A DNA stretch of 64,000 nucleotides from contig JAHRWA010000010.1 of assembly GCA_019090455.1 (NCBI GenBank), positions 211,366 through 275,365 of the forward strand. Reading direction: 5' to 3'. Below, in pieces: positions 40,529-50,611 of the stretch. Source of the DNA: Pseudomonadales bacterium (GTDB taxonomy: Bacteria > Pseudomonadota > Gammaproteobacteria > Pseudomonadales > DC-out160). A program made the translations under genes and the position numbers. Position 1 is the first letter of the stretch, and every line of letters starts with the position of its first letter. The notes beneath the pieces are model-generated. The model did not search any database and was not told where the DNA came from. It saw only the letters and a program-made list of their open reading frames with translations.

Positions 40529-42226
40529 TTAGTTAACGCTCCATTGGGTATACCACGCAATTTTTGAATTCGCTTTGGTATAATATTCAGTTCCCGGTGG
40601 AACCATATCGACCACCAATGCCCACGCATCGCGCGCCTTTTGAGAGTTTACATATTCTAAACGCAACCCCTTGCGATAAAGTTGCTTCGATCTTAACTCT
40701 ACATTAGATATAGCAACTCTCGCCTCAATACTATCGCCCACTTCAAGCGCTTTCTTCCACAAATAATAAGCTTTATGATGATCACCGTTTTTCTTAGCCG
40801 TGCTCGCCTTATCAACAAATTCTTGCATGACGCGACTTATAACCTCAATGGCATAAACACTTCGTTGATTCGCTATGAAAACTTTCTTTTCTTTATCAAG
40901 AAACACTGTCCACAGATCAAAACCATCCCTCTTGTTCCCTGCTCTAAAAGAGTCATTCCCTTTTTCATACGCGCCATACAACCCTTCCAGCTGACGTCTT
41001 TTTCTCACCAATTTAGAAATAGTTTTTTTAAATATTCCTTTAAAACTTTGAGCCTCTCGGAGCTCTTTGATAACTTGGGGAGCTTCTCCTCGCAAATATT
41101 TCTTATCGGCTAACGATAACAATTGATTCGCTTTATTCTCAGCGACATTTGAGTGAAAAGGCACTTCCTTTCCAGCAGATATTGACTTCGGAGGACTAAC
41201 TTTTTCAGGCGCTAGTGTTCGCGGGCTTACATCCGCAAAAATAGTTTGTACCGGGGTTATATTCTCTGGTGGGGGTAGATTTACTGCTGAAAGCGCTTCG
41301 TCTAACTCATTATCCACCAAAAAAGCATAGGCGATAGACTCGTCTAATTTATTAGCCAACGGCGCGGCAGCATCAGAGCCATTTGAATCTACGTGCGTGT
41401 CAGCAACTACCGTCTCTGCATTTGGAATATCTTTTTCTACTTCAACAGCGGTCGCTAATATATTTGAACCCTTCTCCATGCCCACCCAATACTGAAACCC
41501 ACTCCATGCGCAAGCGGCCATAAAAATACTGCCAATGATCAACCCTGCAAGTTTTAATTTTGGTTTACTGGCTTTCATGTTAAAAGAAAAGCTTTTATCG
41601 GTATCTGGCTTTTCTATCTCCGGCTCTGGCTTTTTACCTTTTGCACCCACATTAGAAAATTTAAGAGAGGCGTCACCAATCTTAATTTCATCGCCATCCT
41701 CCAGCAGAACACGTGCCACTTTATATCCGTTAACTCTAATTCCATTTAGACTTTCTAAATCATTAACGACAAACCGGCCTGACTGATAAATCAATTCCAC
41801 ATGGCGGCGAGAAATTCCACGACCTTCCAACACTAAATCACAGTCAGCTGCTCGACCGATGCTAAATGGGAATTGCTGGATTGGAAACCGGTTACCTTCA
41901 GAATCAACCAACACCACCTGTTCCATGTCGGACATATCAAAATCTGTGATGACTTCGGTGTGATCCTCCTGCCACAAAACTGCGTCAGGCACTTTATCTT
42001 CTAGAAGTGAATCAAAATTCGGTAACTCGTCATTGGATACTTCGTCATTGGATACATCGTCAACTGCATTTAATCCTGCGGTCTCGAAGTCTTGCGCGAC
42101 TTGAGTGTTTAATGGCTTTTCATTTAGATCACGGTCCTGAGCGGTTTGATTTGGATTGGGAGACTTACCTGACTGCTGACCAGCCACTGGTGTCGACTCT
42201 ACAACAAATTCTGCATTATCAAACAT
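40529..42226 (-). CDS. FHA domain - TM - TPR-like protein
   Basis: FHA motifs FSIGRAADCD, ISRRH, SLNGIRVNG; TM LAGLIIGSIFMAACAW; helical/TPR-like C-terminus. Confidence 0.8.
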   Translation of the reverse strand: MFDNAEFVVESTPVAGQQSGKSPNPNQTAQDRDLNEKPLNTQVAQDFETAGLNAVDDVSNDEVSNDELPNFDSLLEDKVPDAVLWQEDHTEVITDFDMSDMEQVVLVDSEGNRFPIQQFPFSIGRAADCDLVLEGRGISRRHVELIYQSGRFVVNDLESLNGIRVNGYKVARVLLEDGDEIKIGDASLKFSNVGAKGKKPEPEIEKPDTDKSFSFNMKASKPKLKLAGLIIGSIFMAACAWSGFQYWVGMEKGSNILATAVEVEKDIPNAETVVADTHVDSNGSDAAAPLANKLDESIAYAFLVDNELDEALSAVNLPPPENITPVQTIFADVSPRTLAPEKVSPPKSISAGKEVPFHSNVAENKANQLLSLADKKYLRGEAPQVIKELREAQSFKGIFKKTISKLVRKRRQLEGLYGAYEKGNDSFRAGNKRDGFDLWTVFLDKEKKVFIANQRSVYAIEVISRVMQEFVDKASTAKKNGDHHKAYYLWKKALEVGDSIEARVAISNVELRSKQLYRKGLRLEYVNSQKARDAWALVVDMVPPGTEYYTKANSKIAWYTQWSVN

Positions 42227-42480
42227 AACGAATACCGCGAAGCCTAAGCTTTCTCTTAATTATTTATATTCTTATTTAAATTATTATAATTCTGATTAGA
42301 TCGAGATCCTAAGGTATAACACTGCCTCCAAGCGGATGCTGACATAAGCTCTCGCAATTCTCGCGTTGAATAGGACAGAATCGTAGCCATGGTCACACAT
42401 CGCTAGGGATTATACAATTTCAATCATGTAAAGTTTGATATCATGCGTGGCACTACGTGGATACAGCGCTGGAGGCATTA

Positions 42481-42804
42481 CTATAGCTCGAGCCTATCCC
42501 CTATTTGCAGCCCGTAGTACTCCACTCCTCCGGTAGCGAACTCCAACACACTGACACATCCCTTGGGGGCAATTGCAAAATAAAATGGCACTATATTTGA
42601 TTTAAATCCGACTATCACGTTTTCGGAATCCAAGAAAACAACATCTATAGAAAACAACATGCCGACAGTATGTATACTAGAACAAGGCCTTAACCATAGC
42701 GCCTCCTCCATGGGTAAATTGAATCGACCCAATAGCCCTCTCAATCGAGACCACCAACTATGTGCAATGGTTATTGTAAGTGCCTCAAATGAAACTACAG
42801 CCAT
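42481..42804 (-). CDS. DUF192 family protein
   Basis: SRLRGLLGR, PCSSIHTVGM, IDVVFLD, VLE, GLQIGDRL. Confidence 0.85.
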   Translation of the reverse strand: MAVVSFEALTITIAHSWWSRLRGLLGRFNLPMEEALWLRPCSSIHTVGMLFSIDVVFLDSENVIVGFKSNIVPFYFAIAPKGCVSVLEFATGGVEYYGLQIGDRLEL

Positions 42805-42832
42805 AAGCTCAGATCTCCCGCCAATTTACCTT

Positions 42833-43774
42833 CTAAAGCAGTCTAGTCAAAAAGTCAGGCAAAACACCTGCATCTTGTAACCCAACAATAATGACAAACC
42901 CCACTAACATAAATATCAGCGGAAACAGGAACATCATCAGCGGCCCCAGCAGTTTTATCGGTGCCTTACCCGCCGTTTCTTCCGCCCTTTGAAACCTTTC
43001 TGTTCTGCGTTGTTCTGCCTGCCCCTGTAAAACAGTGACTACCTCACCGCCCGTTTCCTCAGCTTGATTTAATGTAGAAACAAAATTTCGGATTCCGACA
43101 CTATCCATTCTTTCAGCCATTTCAATCAACGCTTCATGTCGAGGTTTACCTGCTCTTAACTCACGTTCTAATCGACTAAAATCATCCTTAATCGGACCTG
43201 GGCTCAAACACGCTATGGACTGAGATAGGGCATTCGAATAGTTCAATCCTGCCCTCATAGAAAGAATGATCAAGTCCAACAAAAATGGAAACTCTTTTTC
43301 AATGCGAGTATGACGGAATTTAACTCTATCACGCAGCCAAATATCGGGGTAAGCGAATCCGACAATAACACCCAACACCAATATGACGAGAACCATCGTC
43401 GTTAGTGGCGAAAAATACCAGTAGAATAGAGATGAAACAATTCCAGCCACAACTAAGCAGACGTACCGTAGAGTGACTAACTCCTCAGGAAGCAAAGAAT
43501 AAAACAGTCCAGCTGAGCTTAATTTCATTTGAATTTGATCATATTTTTCTTGTCCCATGTTAACTTTCACATCCGCACAGAACAATTTCACTACAGGTTT
43601 AAAAACCTTATAGATTAATGGTGGGGGATCTCGCCACTCATCAATAGAATGTGCTCGGGCCTCTAACAATCGAACAAACACGAAATACAAATAGATAACC
43701 AGCAACATGGCCGACAAACCAAATAGCATCGCTACTAGGTAAAGTTCGCTATCAATTGAGCCCGAATCAAACAT
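42833..43774 (-). CDS. tadC: Tad inner-membrane platform protein TadC
   Basis: T2SSF-type domain FPFLLDL..AGLN, R.QRAEE.A.KAPIKL..PL; follows tadB. Confidence 0.85.
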   Translation of the reverse strand: MFDSGSIDSELYLVAMLFGLSAMLLVIYLYFVFVRLLEARAHSIDEWRDPPPLIYKVFKPVVKLFCADVKVNMGQEKYDQIQMKLSSAGLFYSLLPEELVTLRYVCLVVAGIVSSLFYWYFSPLTTMVLVILVLGVIVGFAYPDIWLRDRVKFRHTRIEKEFPFLLDLIILSMRAGLNYSNALSQSIACLSPGPIKDDFSRLERELRAGKPRHEALIEMAERMDSVGIRNFVSTLNQAEETGGEVVTVLQGQAEQRRTERFQRAEETAGKAPIKLLGPLMMFLFPLIFMLVGFVIIVGLQDAGVLPDFLTRLL

Positions 43775-44642
43775 CTACATTCACTATTTTATTTATTGCA
43801 TATACAGCCAAACACATCATCACAAACATAATACTCAACCAAATCCGCCCCAGCTCCGTAGTGAACAATTTAGCCATCGCCGCCGGTTCTACTACGAAAA
43901 AAACACCTCCGACAATTAACGGCAACCCAATGGCAACCACAGCTTGGGCGCGCCCCATTGAAGTTAACGCTTTAACCTTTCCTTGCGCCTCAGCCTTGGC
44001 CTTAAGGGTTTTCGCGAGCATCTCTAAAGTTTCAGAAAGATTACCGCCCACTTCTCGGGATATTCTAATCCCCGAATTCATGAGTATTAGCTCCTCCCGA
44101 TTAATACGTTTTGCCAAATCATTCAATGAATCATTCAACTCATGCCCGACTCTATACTCAACCAAAACTTGAGCAAACTCAGAAGCTATCGGATCGGGTT
44201 GATTTTTCGAAATTTGGTTCAAAGATTTAATAAGATTCAATCCCGCTCGCAAAGAAGCCGAAAAAGAGACCAACGTATCCGGCAACTGTGCGACAAACTC
44301 ATCTGATCGCCGCTCACGCATACTTTGAAAAAGTAATTTTGGAGCCGCCAAAGTCGCAATCAAAACCGCCAAAGCACCCCAAACGCCCATAAACATATAA
44401 ACAATGGGAACCAGCACCACAATTAACCCGAGACTAACAAGAAACACCTGACTTGGATCTAGATAAATCAGTACATCCCGAAACCCTTTATCGACGAGGG
44501 TAACAAAGTTATTTCGGTAGATTGCAAAAAACTCAATTCCAAACCGTATCAATAGCAAAAAGACGATACCAATGGAAATCCCCAGCATAGCGGTGCCAAT
44601 GGCCAATGAATACTCAAATACAAATACAACTAATTCATTCAT
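43767..44642 (-). CDS. tadB: Tad inner-membrane platform protein TadB
   Basis: QLPDTL..LRAGL, PIASEF, EVGGNLSETLE, KVKALTSMGR. Confidence 0.87.
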   Translation of the reverse strand: MNELVVFVFEYSLAIGTAMLGISIGIVFLLLIRFGIEFFAIYRNNFVTLVDKGFRDVLIYLDPSQVFLVSLGLIVVLVPIVYMFMGVWGALAVLIATLAAPKLLFQSMRERRSDEFVAQLPDTLVSFSASLRAGLNLIKSLNQISKNQPDPIASEFAQVLVEYRVGHELNDSLNDLAKRINREELILMNSGIRISREVGGNLSETLEMLAKTLKAKAEAQGKVKALTSMGRAQAVVAIGLPLIVGGVFFVVEPAAMAKLFTTELGRIWLSIMFVMMCLAVYAINKIVNVDV

Positions 44643-44658
44643 ATCGCCTCCTTCGAAA

Positions 44659-46335
44659 CTAGCGCAGCTCGCCTATATTGGAGTTCCTATCTGCATCATG
44701 AGACTTTTTAAAAATAGAAGTGTCTAGCTGAACACCAGAAGCTGCCATCTCTCGATAAAACAGAGGAATGTTCCCAGTCGCAACGAACTCCCCCAGTACT
44801 CGGCCATCGTCTCTAACCCCGGTTTTTACATACTCAAATATCGGTTCTATATAAACCTCATCGCCCTCCATTCCCTGCACTTCTACGATACTCGTAATCC
44901 TTCGTGCACCGTCACTAAGTCGTGTCTGTTGAATAATAATCTGGATCGCAGATCCAATTTGTTCACGAATGGCCTGTAAAGGCAAATCCATCCCCGCCAT
45001 AAAAACCATCACTTCTAGACGGGCTAACATATCTTTCGGCGAATTGGCATGACCTGTTGTTAATGACCCGTCGTGCCCTGTATTCATAGCTTGCAACATA
45101 TCGAGCGCTTCTCCCGCTCGACACTCTCCGATAATAATGCGGTCAGGCCTCATCCTTAATGAATTAACCACCAATTCGCGAATGCTTATTGCTCCCTTTC
45201 CTTCCGCGTTAGCCGCACGAGATTCCATCGACACCAGGTTCGGCTGATTGAGCTGTAGCTCAGCCGCATCTTCGATTGTGACTATACGTTCGTCGTTGCC
45301 AATAAAATTAGATAATATATTTAGAGTCGTGGTTTTACCGGAACCGGTGCCTCCCGATACAATGATATTTCGATGGGTTGAAACGCAATTTTGTAAGAAT
45401 AAAGCCATTTCAACACTGCAAGTGCCGTAATTCATTAGATCTTCTACATTCAGCTTTTTCTTTGAGAATTTTCTAATGGTAATACAGGGGCCCACTAATG
45501 AGAGAGGAGGGATGACAGCATTAACACGAGAACCATCAGGAAGCCGAGCATCCACCATTGGTGAACTTTCATCTATCCTTCTACCCAAAGGTGCAACGAT
45601 TCTATCAATGACCCCCATCAAAGCTTGAGTACTAGTAAACTGAGTGCTTGATAACGACAGCTTCCCATCTCGCTCTACATAAATTTGATTTGGCCCATTG
45701 ACCATAACCTCAGTCACTTCATCATCATTCAGCAGAGGCTCTAGAGCACCCAATCCCACAGCTTCAGCCACTACTTGTTCAACTAAATCATTTTTCGTTA
45801 TTCCCGCAGGAATCATTTCTATCTTTTCTTTAATGATATCGACAGTAGCCTTTGTCGCCTCCACCCTTAACTCTTCTGGTGACATTAGCTGCAAATTAGC
45901 TCTCTTGCGTAAATCTAAATATTCTAATATCAGAGTGTGTATTTTCTTTTTTAGCGCAATGAGTTCTTCACTTTCTCCATGCGCCGCAGCAACCAATTCT
46001 TTACTCTCAGGCTTTAATAATGAGCGTAGCGCTTGGCTTACTTCAATCACTCTCACCACTAGAGTGAGTTCACCAAATTGAAGCTCATCTCCGACGTTAA
46101 ATTGTATTGGCTGACTGATACGACGACCGTTAAACCAGGTGCCATTCGTACTCGAATTATCCTCCAGGGTGCAAACTGATATTTCTACTTGTATCGTGGC
46201 GTGATGACGGGAAATCAGCTCATCATCCAAAACTACATCACAGTCTTCACCTTTGCCTAGGGTGTAACGCCCTTGAACCAAAACAAAATTTTTCCGGTTA
46301 CCTTGGCTGTCAATAACATCAAATTCAAACTTCAT
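44659..46335 (-). CDS. tadA: Tad pilus ATPase CpaF/TadA with N-terminal FHA domain
   Basis: FHA (LGK..ISRHH..STNGTWFNG); Walker A GGTGSGKTT, IEDAAEL, LRMRPDRIIIGE, AMNTGHDG. Confidence 0.92.
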   Translation of the reverse strand: MKFEFDVIDSQGNRKNFVLVQGRYTLGKGEDCDVVLDDELISRHHATIQVEISVCTLEDNSSTNGTWFNGRRISQPIQFNVGDELQFGELTLVVRVIEVSQALRSLLKPESKELVAAAHGESEELIALKKKIHTLILEYLDLRKRANLQLMSPEELRVEATKATVDIIKEKIEMIPAGITKNDLVEQVVAEAVGLGALEPLLNDDEVTEVMVNGPNQIYVERDGKLSLSSTQFTSTQALMGVIDRIVAPLGRRIDESSPMVDARLPDGSRVNAVIPPLSLVGPCITIRKFSKKKLNVEDLMNYGTCSVEMALFLQNCVSTHRNIIVSGGTGSGKTTTLNILSNFIGNDERIVTIEDAAELQLNQPNLVSMESRAANAEGKGAISIRELVVNSLRMRPDRIIIGECRAGEALDMLQAMNTGHDGSLTTGHANSPKDMLARLEVMVFMAGMDLPLQAIREQIGSAIQIIIQQTRLSDGARRITSIVEVQGMEGDEVYIEPIFEYVKTGVRDDGRVLGEFVATGNIPLFYREMAASGVQLDTSIFKKSHDADRNSNIGELR

Positions 46336-46351
46336 AAGTTATAACCTTCGA

Positions 46352-47719
46352 CTAATCAAAGATATCAAATCTTGTTTCTTCCCCAGCTTCACTGTTCAGC
46401 GATTTTGCATAGTTCAGCATCGATCGATTACGATCAGATTCGGGATCCGTTAAATAAGGAGTGACAAATACCACTAATTCCGTTTGATTATTGATAAATT
46501 GGCGAGATTTAAATAACTCACCAATAATCGGGATAGAACTTAAACCGGGAACTTTTTCAACATTTTTACCGTCTTCAGATGTGAGCATTCCTGCTACAAC
46601 CATGGTTTGACCTGACAACATATTCATTTCTGTTTGTGCTCGGTTCACCACAAATCCAGGAATCTCACGCACCTCGACTGTTGAGTCGATTCGACTAATT
46701 TCCACCTCTAGCTTCACGACAATATAACCTTCCGGATCAGCTGTCGGTTGCATATTGAGTATGACACCGACCTGCTTGAAAATGACCGTAGCCCGCCCAT
46801 CGCTATCAATTGACGGGATTGGGATTTCCCCACCTCCAAGAAACTCAGCGCTGGAGCCACTTCTAGTAATTAACTTCGGTTCCGCGAGTACTTTCGCGAC
46901 ACCCGAATTCACCATTAAGTTTATTCGCGAACTAAGAACAGAAACAGGAGATTGCACTTTCCCATCAATTATATTGGAGGAACTTAAAAAATCCTCGGAG
47001 TGAAATCCAAAAAAGCTGGAGCCTTTATCAAAGTTACCCGCACCTCTGATATCACCCAGCACAGCAAAACTGGGTCCAATTGTTGAATCCTCCCAATTCA
47101 CACCAAACTCTTTTAAACCCGTTTTCCTCACTTCAAGTACCTTTACATCCAACATAATCATGGAACGTAGATTGACAGCAGGCCTTGCCACATTAAATAT
47201 TATTTTCCCGTCAGTAATCTCCTGACTAAATTTAGCTTTCATCTCCTCAATAATACCCATATCGAAGCTCCGTATCACTCGCCCTTCTACAAAGATAATA
47301 TTGTTATCCGCTCTCGCTTCCACACCCTCGACATCAGAAAGAATCGCCTTCGCTACGGTGAGAGTATCTCGCCAGGAATCATCAACTACCTTCAACAAAT
47401 ATCGGACCTCCGCTTGACCGTTGGTCCAAACTCGCAAATCGGTCACTCCTTCCTTGAGGCCCGTTAAAAGTACTTCATCGGGTGCCGTATTACGTACATT
47501 TGCAACATCTGGATGACCAATAGAAACTCTCGTTACACCCGGATAAGGAAGGATTTTAGTTTGCCCTTGTACGATAGTAATAGTTTTACGATACCCATCA
47601 GCAAAACAAACCTGACCACATAAAAAAATTAGAGACATGCAATATAAAGCAACACTCAAGGACCGAGTCAGATTGTTTCTCAGACTAATTAACAACAAGC
47701 TAGAATCAACGTATTTCAT
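46352..47719 (-). CDS. cpaC: Tad secretin CpaC/RcpA
   Basis: RVSIGHPDVANV, VLAEPKL..SG..AEFLGGGEIPIP, VPGLSSIPIIGELFKS, TELVVFVTP. Confidence 0.9.
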   Translation of the reverse strand: MKYVDSSLLLISLRNNLTRSLSVALYCMSLIFLCGQVCFADGYRKTITIVQGQTKILPYPGVTRVSIGHPDVANVRNTAPDEVLLTGLKEGVTDLRVWTNGQAEVRYLLKVVDDSWRDTLTVAKAILSDVEGVEARADNNIIFVEGRVIRSFDMGIIEEMKAKFSQEITDGKIIFNVARPAVNLRSMIMLDVKVLEVRKTGLKEFGVNWEDSTIGPSFAVLGDIRGAGNFDKGSSFFGFHSEDFLSSSNIIDGKVQSPVSVLSSRINLMVNSGVAKVLAEPKLITRSGSSAEFLGGGEIPIPSIDSDGRATVIFKQVGVILNMQPTADPEGYIVVKLEVEISRIDSTVEVREIPGFVVNRAQTEMNMLSGQTMVVAGMLTSEDGKNVEKVPGLSSIPIIGELFKSRQFINNQTELVVFVTPYLTDPESDRNRSMLNYAKSLNSEAGEETRFDIFD

Positions 47720-48516
47720 TATGACTTACCACCAGCAATGATCTCAAAACCAAAACGACGCTCAATATCAGGTTCCATCATAATTTCCTGCTTAATTTCC
47801 ACTAAGTTATCAATCGTGATGTAGTTACCCTCCACACTATCTTCACCTATCTGATCTGATCGTAATAAAATCCGTATTTCTCCTAGCGCCTGAGCGTGAA
47901 CCAACCGAGTGGCATCTGTCAGAGTAAGCCCGACCGTAATTTCCTTAAACATTCTTTCGTTTTTCCTTATTCGATCATTGATTCTTTCCCCCGCCGCCAG
48001 GACTTTAACCCGAGTCAAAAGTGGCACCGTTCTTTCTCTATCGCCATCCGCAACCGTCACTAATACATCAATAAAGTTTCCGGGCTCGAGAAAGCCCGAT
48101 ATGGCATCCAAAGTGCTCACGTCAATGGTAATCGCTCGCTGCCCATCTTCCAGTAGACTGGCAAACCCACTATATTGGCCTTTTGAAATATGAGAGCGTA
48201 ACAAGGCATCACCGGCCTTTAATGGATTTATGATTTGAGCCCCCGCAATTAAGCTATAACCTGAAGGTGCAAAAACATCTGACTGAACAAACTGCTTTGG
48301 TACCTTGCGTGCTTTCACTGTATCTTTGGAAACAAAATCTCCTACTTTTAAATCTTTTTTCGCGACAATGACGGCTATCATCTGCTGTCCGGCATTGAGA
48401 GCGTCTTTATGAGTCTTTACACTGCGATCAATATAACTACCCGCTAGCATCCAGCCAACACCACCGGTCAAGATCGCACCGATCAGCAATATTATTGTTA
48501 ATCTATTTGATTTCAT
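47719..48516 (-). CDS. cpaB: Flp pilus assembly protein CpaB/RcpC
   Basis: N-terminal TM, SAF domain VIVAKKDLKVG, GQRAITIDV, ISGFLEPGNFIDV. Confidence 0.88.
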   Translation of the reverse strand: MKSNRLTIILLIGAILTGGVGWMLAGSYIDRSVKTHKDALNAGQQMIAVIVAKKDLKVGDFVSKDTVKARKVPKQFVQSDVFAPSGYSLIAGAQIINPLKAGDALLRSHISKGQYSGFASLLEDGQRAITIDVSTLDAISGFLEPGNFIDVLVTVADGDRERTVPLLTRVKVLAAGERINDRIRKNERMFKEITVGLTLTDATRLVHAQALGEIRILLRSDQIGEDSVEGNYITIDNLVEIKQEIMMEPDIERRFGFEIIAGGKS

Positions 48517-48616
48517 TGTTATTGCCGCTCAAAAATGGAAATGAATACAATGCCTAAAACTCAACTATCCAAGTCAGCCTGGGGAAGAGATCAGAAGTAG
48601 TTAAATTGATAAAAGT

Positions 48617-48862
48617 TCAGGGTGCCATCATATTATCTTTGAAGTTCTTTTCATGAATATTGATAGCTTCAACGACGCTGGTTTTATTGATATTATCAGT
48701 TGCACTGATGCCTGACTCACCTTCTAACATCGTTCGGTGAATATCATTATCACTTGCTGCTAACATGGCAATACCCGCCGATCCAGCCAACAATCCCAGC
48801 ATGACAACTAGGTGCTCAACCATCATCTGCCCTGCATGATTTTTTTTATTTTTATATTTCAT
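48617..48862 (-). CDS. Small pilin-like protein
   Basis: Basic leader, then G|QMMVEH and a hydrophobic helix. Confidence 0.6.
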   Translation of the reverse strand: MKYKNKKNHAGQMMVEHLVVMLGLLAGSAGIAMLAASDNDIHRTMLEGESGISATDNINKTSVVEAINIHEKNFKDNMMAP

Positions 48863-48892
48863 TTTTTTCTTATCATTTAGTTACGAGAATCG

Positions 48893-49723
48893 TTATTGCT
48901 TATTCATCCAATTGACCAAAATTTCCGTTTCCCTTTTATTGCTTGCCTGCGGGAAAAATGTAATTTGGATGTGCTCCGCTCTTCTTTGGTATTGAATTTG
49001 TCTATAATGCACTCTTACGCTTGAATTTTCTATAGGTGCTATCGATAACGCCCAACCATCGCTCTGTAATTGATTTTCTACATAATATGTTGCTGAATTC
49101 ACAGAACGCCGTGATGCGATTGTGAGAGTTTCGGATCGGCGCCCTTGATCCAAATATTCCATCTTCTTCATTAGCCTGCTATTCGGTGGCATTGGAAAAT
49201 CAGTTTTCTGTTTCCGTGTGTTCTCTGAATTGGGTATTTCCGACACCGTGAGTCTACCAATCACTACCTTGCCATCCTTATGAAACTGTACGGAATAATA
49301 ATAACCATTCAATTCATACCCCAGAATTGTATCAAACCCCAAACGCTGCTCTGTTGTTTTTCCGTGTCCTTTTGTTTTCCATCGAGAGCGATAAAATTGT
49401 TTTACGGAGTCTTCCGATCCTAAGAACTTGAATTCTTTGATACTCATAGGCAACCCATTTATCGCCATTGTTTCAGCGATCCACTGGGAAGTAGCGCCAG
49501 GGATTACATCAAGCGAGGGCAAAGATCTATTGAGTGGGTCGGAGGAAGCCAGTACCGATGTAGTACTGGCTAGGGTACAAAATAGGATTTGCAGGAGGAG
49601 TATTGCAACTCTTAAAAAAAATTTTTTACCTTTATTAATGATACTTCGCACCATTCTACAACCGGCATTTAATCTACAAAATATAATTTCTTTAGTTAGG
49701 CACCAGTTCTGACAGATCTTCAT
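48893..49723 (-). CDS. Hypothetical exported protein of the Tad locus
   Basis: Signal-like segment; MAINGLPMSIKEF..FYRSRW pattern; position within the Tad operon; true start probably downstream. Confidence 0.6.
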   Translation of the reverse strand: MKICQNWCLTKEIIFCRLNAGCRMVRSIINKGKKFFLRVAILLLQILFCTLASTTSVLASSDPLNRSLPSLDVIPGATSQWIAETMAINGLPMSIKEFKFLGSEDSVKQFYRSRWKTKGHGKTTEQRLGFDTILGYELNGYYYSVQFHKDGKVVIGRLTVSEIPNSENTRKQKTDFPMPPNSRLMKKMEYLDQGRRSETLTIASRRSVNSATYYVENQLQSDGWALSIAPIENSSVRVHYRQIQYQRRAEHIQITFFPQASNKRETEILVNWMNKQ

Positions 49724-50588
49724 TCGTCATATTATAATCACCAGCAGCAGCACTTCCTAACTCAGGCATAAGATAATCGAATACATCTTCGTATGCTGGA
49801 TCATCTCGAACAATGAGGCCCGACTCAACACCTTTCAGAATTGAAACGTCACTTGGAATATCTCCAATGACAGGAATATAACCAGTCATTGGAGTAATAT
49901 CGTCAAGAGTTTCATTATCCAATGGCACCGCTCCGCTAACACGCTGACGAAGCTGTTCCTCGTCTAAAGGAGTCCAATTATCCGTTATTATCCCCCCTCT
50001 TGACCTCAAATTAGCAACAGGAGTCGTGTAATGGTTATCCGAATGCCAACCCTTACCATTTGAGAGATTACTATTTCCAATACGAATCAAACGAGCTTGA
50101 TAGCTTAGATTAGATTCTACATACCCCACACCCGACTCTTCGAGATTTAACATACTGTTATGTTGAGTCATCCAATCCGCCGCATTGCTAATATCGGGAG
50201 CTGGAGCCGGCTGATAGTTTGAGTCTCGGGTTAATCCGGAGCTTGCTTCCGTACCCGCATAAAGAGCCAACTCCTCTCCATCGGCAACAAAAAAAGGGTG
50301 ACTGGCATTCCACAATGGATTTATTTTATCGATGATCACCGACATTCCGTTGAGCGGATCTTTATAAAACCTCGATCTTATTTCAGATTCAGGAACTGCC
50401 TGCCGACCAACTACGCGCTCCCATGACACATACCGACTCACTTGATGCACACTATTTTGCATATCAAAAATCGCAGATAGTCCTTGCATCATAATGACCA
50501 TCCCCACAAGAATAAAGCAAGCGGTTAATACAAACTCAGTCATAGCTTGACCTCGCTGCCTAATCCCACCCTCTCCACTAATTCTCAT
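49692..50588 (-). CDS. TadE/TadF-like minor pilin
   Basis: QRG|QAMTEF, TM helix, SRYVSWER. Confidence 0.72.
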   Translation of the reverse strand: MRISGEGGIRQRGQAMTEFVLTACFILVGMVIMMQGLSAIFDMQNSVHQVSRYVSWERVVGRQAVPESEIRSRFYKDPLNGMSVIIDKINPLWNASHPFFVADGEELALYAGTEASSGLTRDSNYQPAPAPDISNAADWMTQHNSMLNLEESGVGYVESNLSYQARLIRIGNSNLSNGKGWHSDNHYTTPVANLRSRGGIITDNWTPLDEEQLRQRVSGAVPLDNETLDDITPMTGYIPVIGDIPSDVSILKGVESGLIVRDDPAYEDVFDYLMPELGSAAAGDYNMTNEDLSELVPN

Positions 50589-50611
50589 ATGAACACTCGC
50601 CTATTCGCAAT

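Noticed and set aside
42027..42055. Tandem duplication with 15-bp period encoding VSNDE twice
   Set aside because: Two in-frame copies in a disordered leader; an ordinary micro-duplication.
40529..42226. FHA protein and kinase as T6SS TagH/PpkA
   Set aside because: No T6SS structural genes in the window; the architecture and context are Tad-associated.
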